A stretch of 64,000 nucleotides of DNA, taken from assembly GCF_009914755.1 (NCBI RefSeq), contig NC_060939.1; one strand, written 5' to 3'. The DNA is from the human T2T-CHM13v2.0 reference genome, Homo sapiens. Shown here piece by piece: positions 1-11,906 of the stretch; the stretch's first letter is position 1, and each line of letters begins with the position of its first letter. The notes beneath the pieces are model-generated. The model did not search any database. It was not told where the DNA came from and worked only from the letters and a program-made list of their open reading frames with translations. A program made the translations under genes and the position numbers.

Positions 1-836
<836 letters not shown>

Positions 837-849
837 TACAGTGTATATT

Positions 850-1140
850 ACTATACTGGTGGACACATATTAGAAATGGGTGCAAACCCATAGACTACGC
901 AACACCAAGAGTGAACCCTAATGTAAACTGAGTGACAGTGGACTCTGAGTGATTATAACGTGTCAATGTAGGTTCACCATTTGCAACAAATGGACCGCTC
1001 TGGTGGGAGTGTTAATAATGAGGGCTGCGAAGCATGCATGGGCTCAGGGAGGATGTGGGGAATCTCCGTATTTTCTGCTCAATTTTACTGTGAATTTAAA
1101 ACTGCTCTAAAAAATAAACTGTATTAAAACAGAAAAAAAT
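850..1140 (+). mobile_element. L1MC/L1MB-type 3' UTR end
   Basis: caacaccaagagtgaaccctaatgtaaact...ttttctgctcaattttactgtgaatttaaaactgctctaaaaaataaa. Confidence 0.75.
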
Positions 1141-2564
1141 AATTTAGGATTAATCAACGTGTAAGTTCCTCGTCATTGAAGTCAGAACCTCACCTCATTT
1201 GGAAGCAGGAAATCCCTTCTGTACTCACCGTGTGCATGGGACACACTGACCAAAAGCCCCTGCCCATTGGCCTTCCTGGGCCTGAAGTGGCACTTCATGC
1301 TTGCCCTCCACTTGCCTGTCGCCACATGCATGCCAGGGTGGCCTCAGCCCTGCCTTACCCTTTGCAGGCCCAAGTCAGCGGGGTCATCCCCAGAAAGGAC
1401 TTGGTGTCATTTCTGGAACAAGTCATTTCTGGGGGTGCCCCTGCTGTCACTTCCCTCTGCTCCAGGGAACCCTCTCCTAGGCCCTGCCAGGGTGTGGGAC
1501 TTCTTGCTGACCCCAGTCCTTGGCTCATCTCCCTCTTTCTTCTCCCAGGGTCGTTGAAGAGGGAGCCTATTCCTTCCAAGCCTTAAAGCCACCCTCCTTG
1601 GCTTTAAGTTACAGCCAACATTCTGGCAGTCGTAGGATCCACCAGCAGAAGCTATGTTCTCCTGCTTGGTCTATGGGTGAATCTCCGCAGGGCCCTCTGT
1701 TCCCCACTCGGTCCCCACTGTGAGGCCCCGCCTGGCCCCTCTAGGTTCTCTGCCCCCAACTGGTCCTGCCCACTTCTGCTCTCTCCTTCCCTTCTCCTCA
1801 ATCATCACGCCCTTGTTCTCAGGCCTCAGTGCCCCAGCACTTAGCACAGAGGATCAGGAACTTCCACAGTGATCCTAAATCTCCCTGTTCTTTTTAAATT
1901 TACTTTATTTTTTAGAGCAGTGTTGGGTTCACAGTAGTTTTTGCTTCCGTCAAAAAATGCTTGTTGACTGGGAACCTCTTCCTTGGAAATTTCAACTGCA
2001 AATCTGAGAGCTGCTTTAGAGAACCCTCTGTGGGAGAGTGCCTGCCACCTGTTGCTCCAGTTTTCTGTACATAATCTATGATCCTCCTAGCAATCCCATG
2101 ATGTGGGCATTGTTATTCCTGCGTTATAATCGAGGATGTTCAGGACAGAGCCTATCTAGGTGGGAAGTGGCATGGCCAGGATATGCCCCTTGGGTGCCCT
2201 AGGACCAGCTCTGTTCCCATCTCTGAGCTCCCTCTGCCCATCGGGTAAGGTCTGGTCACTTCCATACTGTTTTCAATCTACTCTGTGCCAGGCAGGGGGT
2301 CAATCACTGAGATTTGTAAGGTACATGGGTGGGGCTGGAGGTTAGGAGAGAGTTTTCAAATCACTTTCAGCCTAGTGGGGAAGGCAGGCCCATCACCAAG
2401 GCAGTCCACCAACAAGGCTAGAGGGAGCTGTGCTTAGCCTGAGGGAAGAGCCCCATTTCTGTGGCATTATGGGTGACATTTGAACAACTAACCACTCATT
2501 TCATTACCCAGGGTCAAACTTCGCCCCAGGGATATTCATTAGTAAGATGAAGAGGCTTACTGTT

Positions 2565-3550
<986 letters not shown>

Positions 3551-3989
3551 TTAAACCTGACTCCAGAAAGTAAAGCAGGCCCCTGTGAAGGAAGGAAGAG
3601 GGAGGAAGGAGGAAGGAAGAAGGGGGAGGGAGGAAGGAAGAGGGAAGGAGGGAGAAGGGCGGTGGCCGCACACCCCCACATCTCATCCGCCCCTGGTGGG
3701 CAGCCTCCCCAAGGGATTGATTCCTTCCTCAGCAACAGTTGCTCAGAGTTGAGCACAGGAACTTGCCTTTTTCCAAGTAGCAGACACAGGCCGAGGCACA
3801 GAGTGGGGCTGAGGAAATGTGCGGTGAATGGATGGTGAACAGGAAGGGACACTGAAGAAGGAGGCGGTACTGAGAGCAGCCATCTTGGAGCTTGGAAACG
3901 GAGACGCATGTGAAGCCGTTTGCACAGTATTTTTCCCTTAAAATATGGGTGGGGAACAAGGGGCTCTCATTTGTCTTTTTCTTTGGGAT

Positions 3990-4650
3990 GGTGAGCAGTG
4001 AGCAGGGCACGCCGCGAGGAGCAAACTGCAGCCCAAGCACACGCGGTCAGCACGCGGAGCACAGGTGGGGAGAAGCGGCTGACGGTGGCGTGGCCCCGCG
4101 TACCTGGGTGGGGACGCCCCGCCGCCCCGCAGGGGAAAGCTCCTGGAGTCTGGGGTCTGCTGCCCCGAGCTCTGGGTGTCCAGGTAGGAAACAGGTAGAG
4201 AGTATCCGGGTTTCCTACCCCTCCGCCGGGGTGGCTGTGCCTCCCCATCCTCCTGCTCCCCTCCTTCCCTCCCTCCGCAGGGGAGGGCAAACCCAACCCC
4301 CAGGTGAGGGTCTGTTCTGCGGGAGTGGGAAACAGCTGGCACAGGCTCAGGCGGCAGGTGGTGGCCCTGCTCCTGCTGTGAGAGATGGAAGCCAGGAGGC
4401 GGCGGGCGGGCCGTGCTCAGGAGACCCATGCCCCACCCAGCCTGAGACTCTGTCATTCCCTTCCACTGGGCTCCCCATGAGAAGCCCCAAAGCAAAGTGG
4501 GTGTGGCTGGTCAGGGTGAGTAGGGCAGGCCGGAACGGACCCGGACCCAGAACGGAGGAGGGTGGTGTGGACCAGGTGGGCCGCGGAAGGCACCTAGCCT
4601 AACAGGAGAGGGACAGGCGCACCCCCAGACGGTGGGAAAGCGCCCTCTGC
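3990..4650. promoter_or_regulatory. Small CpG-rich promoter/enhancer-like region
   Basis: Dense CpGs (gcacgccgcgagg, gacgccccgccgccccgc, ggcggcgggcgggccg), GC boxes, candidate donors cag|gtagga and cag|gtagag at ~4183-4200. Confidence 0.6.
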
Positions 4651-4946
4651 CTCCAGCTGGGCTCGGCCCAGACCCTCCACTTCCCAGCCCCTTGCTTCTC
4701 TGTGCCTTGGAGGTTTCAGGGTGGGCTGGTGGGTGGGAGGACATGTGAGAGTTCCTGTGTCAGGAGTTGAAGCCCATCTTGGCCACTTGCCTGCCGGGGC
4801 CCTGTAGAAACCCCTGAAGCTATAAACAGGTGCTCGTCAAAGTTGATTCCAGGGGAGGGCGGCAGGAGCAGTGGCGGGTGGTGTGGGAAGAGAAGGACTG
4901 CTCTCTAGAGAGCTGATGGCACCAGGCCGTCACCACCGCGGTGACA

Positions 4947-5111
4947 GCACACACACATCCACACACACATGCACACACGCACGCACACACGTGCACACAC
5001 GACACACATGCACACACATGCAAGCACACATGCACTTGCACGCACACACGTACACGTGCACACGCATGCACGCACGCACACGCACATGCATGACACACAT
5101 GCACACACACA
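4947..5111. repeat. Degenerate (CA)n/(CACATG)n alternating purine-pyrimidine tract
   Basis: Seen directly. Confidence 0.95.
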
Positions 5112-5944
5112 TGCCCCACTCCTCTACTGGGACCAGCACAGCCCCTCCGTTCCTGCTCGCCCGGAAGGAGGGCGCCCAGCCAGGTTTCCTCCCCATGAAT
5201 TGAGCGCCAGAGACCAACAGTGACCTGTGGTGGTTTTTCCAATTCTCTTCCCATTCTGTCAAGGACAGAGGAGATGCTTTGTGATACAAGGGGAAAAAAA
5301 GGAAGGTGGAAAGGGAAGAAAGGGAAGGGAGGGAAGTCCCCCCCAGAGCAGCCTGGGGAGGGGTCTGGGACCAGGCCTAGGCCCAGGCACTTCCTGAAGA
5401 GATCAGGTGACGGCCTCCCCGGCCTGCAGACCTCAAGGCGGCCCAGGCCTCCTCTGCGCTCCCTACGCGTTGCTCTGGTGCTGACATCCCTGGCTATGCT
5501 CTCCATGTAGATGTTCCTTTTAGCCTCTGCCTCAACTGAAATCTGAAGATCAGGCCAATTTCGTGGTCTCTCAGATGTCGGTAAACAAGAGGCCTTGGCT
5601 CCTCAGGAGACCGAGAGTCTCTCACTGTACTTCCTTCTCTTGGCTCCAAGGACATAGAACGGTTGCTATGGGGATTCCTTCATTTGTAAAGTAAGTTTTC
5701 AGAAAAAATAATGACTCACAAGTCCTTTAAGCAGGAACAAAGTCAATCCTTGGGGACGATATGATCTAATAGGGTTTAAAAGAGGAACTGTGACGGGCTG
5801 CAGTTGGCGGGCTTTTCTTCTTTTCCTCTTTGATCCTCACGCGTGGACGAAACCCACCAGTGGCTCAGGTGCCCTGGCACCACCATTTGCTTCTTTGTGA
5901 CATCTGAGGACAGGTGTTAAAAATAACTTAGAAATGGCTAACTA

Positions 5945-6283
<339 letters not shown>

Positions 6284-7499
6284 CTAGCTAGGCTAACCTG
6301 GAGAGTTACTGTCAGAGTTTCCAAAAGGGTCTTCATGGCCACTTCTGGGCCTCGCTGGCTGGGTGAAGTTATTAGTCCAAGAGTGCCACATGGCCTTTGC
6401 ACATTCATCTGTATTATGCCTGGCGAGGCAGAGGGCTTTCCCTGCATTGATTCTCCTGGAAGCCTGGGGTTAGCAGTATAGACTGGAAAGTAAGGTACAC
6501 AGAGTGGAGGGACTGAACCAGGTCCCCTTATATGTGAGTACATACAGTTACTTAGGCCGGGAAGCCAGGTCTTCTAAGCAGCTAGGGCCAACAGAGCAGG
6601 AGCCAGGAGGAATACTTTTATGAACAAACTTATTTTCCAACATCAGAAAAAAGAAAGTTGGCTGTTGGGAGTGACAAGGAGAAAGAATGATGAGGAGCTC
6701 AAATCAGGTGGACACCTGATTGAGATGATCCTTCTTTTGTTTAGAAAAGAGTACCACACTGGCTGTCAGCTGTGTGACCTTGAGAAAGTCACTCTCTCTC
6801 TCAACTTTCTCATCTGCCAGGTAAAAGGGCTGAGCTTGAATGAGCTTGGGTCCCTTCCAGCAATGATGCTTGTGTACTGCACCTGTGCTAGGAATACCAG
6901 TAAGGGGCTCTCCATGCTAAAATCAGCGTTCCAGGATTCCACGTGGCCCACAGCACCAAGCCCAGCCTTCTCAGCTTTGAGCTGAAGGCTCCGGGTAACC
7001 TGATCCCAGCCCAACGGTTCTGTGTTATCTCCCTCTCACCATTTCCTGTGGATTACTTATTGTTCTATCCTCCCAGCCGCCAGGGCCTTGTTCGCACCTG
7101 CTACCAGCAAAGAATACCCCTCCTACCCCAGTGCCCTGGCCTGAAGACGTCCTGTTAGTCTTTCAGCTGTCAATGAAGATGGCCCCCTTTTCAAGAACCC
7201 TTCCTGGAATCCTGAGTTTGGGGGTCGTGATCTTTCCAATCCCGTATCCACGGTCACTGCCTTCACCTGAATGCGATTGCAATTCGCTAGCCCTTCAATT
7301 CAACAAATATTCTGGAATGATTAGCGTGTGCTGTGACAATGACAAATTCCGATACGGGAAGACATGAATTAAATGATCACGTTCACCCACGCGTGATTAG
7401 AAACAGGGAAGGGTAAAGAAGGAAGAGAAAACGGCTTCCTGAGAGCTTGCCTGGGGTCTGGAAGGATGAACACGGAGCTGGGGGCATGGAAGGGAGCTG

Positions 7500-7990
7500 T
7501 TCCCAGGAGAGTTGAGTGGGCTGGGCTGGCCTCTTGAGGCTGGGAGAGGTAGACGGTGTGTCTTGATCAGAGGAGCCATCTGGGAATCCTTTGAGGGTTT
7601 AAAAAGGGGAGTAACAGATCCAATTTTTATTTCAGGACAATCATGCTGGCTGTTAGTGGAGAATGGCCTGGAGCACTGGGTCTCCGCCCCAGCTGCCTGG
7701 GAGAAACTGTGTTGAAGGAGCCATACCCCCTGGCCTCCCCTCCAGACTCCAGACAACCCCAGTCAGCTGGCTGGGAGGGAGGCAGAAGAGAAACAGGGGT
7801 GCACCTGGGGCTCCTGCAGGGGTCCAGCCAGGAGATGGGGGCAACTTGGACAGGGACGGTGAGAGAGGAATGGGCTCGGGGGTCATTTGGGAGATGAAAA
7901 GGGCAAGGCTTGGCCATGAATTCCCATGGGATGAAAGAGAAGGAATTGTCAGGATTGAGTCCCAAGTTTCTAGCTCATGCAAATAAACAA
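7500..7990. mobile_element. Degenerate L2 fragments
   Basis: ttgagggttttaaaagggga...caatttttatttcaggacaatcatgctggctg...ggagatgggggcaacttggacaggg. Confidence 0.5.
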
Positions 7991-8889
7991 ACGGGGCATC
8001 CGCTGAGCTCAAGAGCATGGGGAAGGGGTGTTGGAGACTCTCCCGGGGACCCCTGCAGACTTCTGTAACCCCTTTGAGTTCTCGCAGGCAGAGGCCACGG
8101 TGGGTGGGGAGCAGGCCTTGGCAGGGTACCCGCCCCCCACCAGGCACCCTCCATCCTAGTAGCCCTTGGGGAGACATACTGTGGCCAGAGGAAGGGTACG
8201 GAGAGGTAGAGGAAGCCAACCGGTGTTCCCGGGCAGCCACCATGTGGTCAAAGGACCAGGCAGCTTGTTTGGAAGCGTCTCTGAGGCACAAAGTGCCAGG
8301 ACCCAGTGCTCCCTGAGCCCTCCCAGCAGGAAAATGAAAACTCAGCAATGGGCTCCCAGGGAGGCGGGACTGGGGGTGCCTTCCATTTATGAGAGGCCCG
8401 CAGAGCAATTCCTGCCGCAGGGGTTTCTGATCAGTCAGAACATCTGCCCACGTTGATGTCTTCCAGCCACCTGATGCAGTGGCTTGGGCCTGTGGGTTGG
8501 GGGGAGTGGGATCTTAGGCCTGTTTTTTGGGTTAATAAATTTTGTGACCTTGGATGACATGTCACTTATCTCACAGATCCTGGGAAGGGCAGGAGGAGGA
8601 GTGAGACCTGGCCTGCCCTCTCCCTAGAGGCTCATCAGCTCCCTGGAGACAGACACGCCCTGGGTAAAGAACAGATCCCACTCAGCCAGGCAGAGTTTAC
8701 TGGAGGAGGAGGAGGGAGAGAAAGAGGGCAGGAAGAAGAGGGGAGGGTGCAGAGGGGGAGAAAGAAAGGAGGGGAGGAGGTGAAGAGAAAAGGGAGGAGG
8801 AGAAAGGAAAAGGAGAAAACCTGTTTTCTGTCTTTAACTGTCCTTCCCCTCAACTGGGACCCTGTGCTCCTCCTCCTCAGTCAGAACTC

Positions 8890-9455
8890 CCCCCTCAGGT
8901 CCCCCCACTTCACGTCCCTCCACACTTCCTGTCCCTCCCCCACTCATGTCCCTCTCCCCTTGTGTCCCTCCCCCTATTGTGTCCCTCCTCCCCTTGTGTC
9001 CCTCCCCCTCTCAGGTCCCTCCCCCTCCTCATGTCCCTCCCCATCACAGGTCCCTCCCCTCCTCATGTCCCTCCCCATCTCAGGTCCCTCCCCTCCTCAT
9101 GTCCCTCCCCATCACAGGTCCCTCCCCTCCTCATGTCCCTCCCCATCTCAGGTCCCTCCCCTCCTCATGTCCCTCCCCATCACAGGTCCCTCCCCTCCTC
9201 ATGTCCCTCCCCATCTCAGGTCCCTCCCCGCCTCGTGTCTTCCTCCCCCTCAGGTCCCTCCCAACCTCCTATCCCTCCTCAGCTTGTGTTCCCCCACCGC
9301 TGTGTCCCTCACCCCCTCATGTCCCTCCCCCCTCAGGTCCCTCCCCCTCTCAGGTCCCTCCTATCCTCGTGTCCCTCCCTCCCTCAGGTCCCTCCCCCAC
9401 TCAGGTTCCTCCCTCCCTCCTGTCCCTCCCCCGCTCAGGTCCCTCCTCCCCTCAC
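8890..9455. repeat. C-rich minisatellite/VNTR; 34-bp unit CTCCTCATGTCCCTCCCCATCWCAGGTCCCTCCC
   Basis: ATCWCAGG recurs at 9043, 9077, 9111, 9145, 9179 and 9213 (period 34); degenerate flanking units. Confidence 0.95.
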
Positions 9456-9888
9456 ATTCTTCTGTCTTCATTTACAGGCAGGAGAAATTTCAAAGTGTGT
9501 TTGTACCACAATTACTTTAAAACTCTAAAGTTGACCTTTAACGGTTTGTGGATGTTTTAATTTTACTTTTACGTGATAACCTGCAATAACTACACAGATG
9601 CATGCATTTTTGTGCTTATTTGTAAGTGCTTTCTTTAAAACTGCTTTTTTCTTACATCCTTTCAGTTCCTTTCCCTATGCCTGGAGCCTGGGTACCAGCT
9701 ATTGAAAACTGCTTTTCTCCTTGTTCATTCAAACATATTCACACATAAAGGTTGTCATTCCTTTTTGTCACTATTTGACAAAAATTGGATCATACCGTAT
9801 ACAATTCTCTGCTATTTGTTTTGCTCACCTAACAATAAATACACTGTGAAAAATACCTTCAGATGAGTAGATATCAATCTTGTTCATT

Positions 9889-10189
9889 CTTTTTTTTTTT
9901 TTTTTTTGAGACAGGGTCTCACTCCCTTGCCCAGGTTGGAGTGCAGTGGTTCAGTCACAGCTCACTGCAGCCTCGCCTCCCAGGCTCAATCGATCCTTTC
10001 ACCTCAGCCTCTCGAGTAGATGGAACTACAGGCATGCACCACTGAACCTGGCGAATTTTCATATTTTTTTGTAGAGATGGGGTTTTGACATGTTGCCTAG
10101 GCTGGTCTTAAATTCCTAAGCTCAAGAGATCCGCCTACTTCAGCCTCCGAAAGTGCTGGGATTACAGGCCTGGGCCACCTTGCCCTGCC
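9889..10189 (-). mobile_element. Alu (AluJ-like)
   Basis: poly-T then gagacagggtctcac...cagctcactgcagcctc...ctcaagagatcc. Confidence 0.9.
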
Positions 10190-10198
10190 TCTTACTCA

Positions 10199-11330
10199 TT
10201 TTTTTATTCCAGGTTGCAGGGTTTTATTTCAGCAACACAGAGACAGTCAAGCACAGCCATACAGCAGGGGCATCCACAGCTGCCTCAGGAGGCGGCAGCG
10301 GTGGCCTCTTTTGCAGCTTTTCTCTCTTCCAGCATCCTCTGCTTGTGTTTGGCCCGGCACTTCCTGGCAGAATGGTGGGCCCCCAGGTCCTGATAGCGGT
10401 CCTGGTAAGCCTTGGCCACCTGGGTGAATGCTCCACTTCCTTGGCCCAGTTCTACCTGTAGTTGTCTTCTTCCCACTACTGACAGGTCTTGAGCCGCTCC
10501 TGGATAATATTGACGATTTCTTGATCGACTTTGTAGTCCCTCCTCCACTGCATTTCGGCTTCATATATGCACAGTGTTTCACGTGTCCATGTGAAGACAC
10601 GTGAGACCACCAAGCAGGCTTTGTGTGAGCAACAAGGCTGTTTATTTCACCTGGGCGCAGGGGGCTGAGTCCTAAAAGAAAGCCAGCAAAGGGTGGTGGA
10701 TTATCATTAGTTCTTACAGGTTTTGGGATAGGCGGTGGAGTTTGGAGCGATGTTTTGCTGGCAGGGGCTGGATCTCACAAAGTACATTCTCAAGGGTGGG
10801 GAGAGAATTGCAAAGAACCTTCTTCAGGGTGGGGGAGATTACAAAGTACATTGATCAGTTAGGGTGGGGCAGAAACAAATCACAATGGTGGAGTGTCATC
10901 AGTTAAGGCTATTTTCACTTCTTTTGTGGATCTTTAGTTGCTTCAGGCCATCTGGATGTGTACGTGCCAGTCACAGGGGATATGATGGCTCAGCTTGGGC
11001 TCAGAGGCCTGACACACAAGATGTTCTTCTCCTTGCGCTCAGTGATGCCCAGCACGCGGCAGTACTGCCGGTGGTAGTAGTAATACCTGTTCTTTGCGTG
11101 CTGCCACTCTATAAACTCTCACGAGGGTCGCCGGTCGGTCCACTAGGAGGTCGAAGGCCTTCATCAGGTAGACGACGGGGTTGGGCAGCCAAGTCTGCGA
11201 TGACAGTGCTGGCATGTGGCGCGGGGGCGCAGGGTACACATCCTTGTCTCAGCTGTCCCACATGGCAGCAGTGAGCGCGGACTTCGCTCCTGGATGCGCT
11301 GCCCTGGCCTCCACCTCGGTCCCGGTCCCT
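10199..11330 (-). pseudogene. NDUFB10P: Processed pseudogene of NDUFB10 (complex I subunit PDSW), interrupted by an LTR
   Basis: Minus strand from ATG at 11263: [48 protein letters not shown](fs)[18 protein letters not shown]...NIL[LTR][28 protein letters not shown]...[47 protein letters not shown] (stop 10285-10287). No introns; AATAAA at 10223-10228; poly(A) remnant ~10199-10208; several stops and frameshifts. Pseudogene number not assigned. Confidence 0.95.
10575..11014 (-). mobile_element. Solo HERV-H LTR (LTR7 family, probably LTR7B/type II)
   Basis: Minus strand begins TGTCAGGCCTCTGAGCCCAAGC and ends GAAACA; contains AATAAACAGCCTTGTTGCTCACACAAAGCCTG; 5-bp TSD cacag (10570-74) / cacaa (11015-19). 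Confidence 0.93.
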
Positions 11331-11555
11331 ACTGATTCTTTGTAATGGTTGTGTAATATTACATGGTGTGGACTTAATAAAGGACCCCTACGCAGCCAAG
11401 AGAGTTTTTTTCCCCAATGGGAAAACAGATTTTTTTTTTTTAATGTTTGAGATTTTAGTGAATTCTTTTTACCTGGCAAGGAGCTGAACTACCTGTACTG
11501 TTCAGAAGCCAAGTTCAGCAGTCTTGTATGTGGGATGTCTGTAAAGATTAAGAAA

Positions 11556-11906
<351 letters not shown>

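Noticed and set aside
1058-1067. NF-kB consensus GGGAATCTCC (also GGGAAGTCCC at 5331)
   Set aside because: Isolated 10-mers, the first inside an L1 remnant; expected by chance at this scale.
3892-5510. 236-, 228- and 96-aa ORFs near the 4-kb CpG region, including His/Thr- and Cys/Val-rich peptides
   Set aside because: GC-rich or (CA)n-derived low complexity with non-ATG starts; no homology recognised.
9025-9229. Regular ~34-bp repeats resembling a CRISPR array
   Set aside because: Head-to-tail tandem units with no unique spacers, eukaryotic context, no cas genes.
8747-9560. Three overlapping long Pro/Ser-rich ORFs (188-257 aa)
   Set aside because: Artefact of a stop-free 34-bp repeat; the period is not a multiple of 3, so all frames give the same permuted peptide.
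10285-10548. 87-aa ORF ending in the NDUFB10 C-terminus as a functional protein
   Set aside because: GTG start; the N-terminal half is out of frame with NDUFB10, and the true frame has stops and a frameshift.
10864-11274. 136-aa plus-strand ORF MGQKQITMVECHQLRL...
   Set aside because: Antisense reading of LTR7 fused to antisense pseudogene; GTG start.
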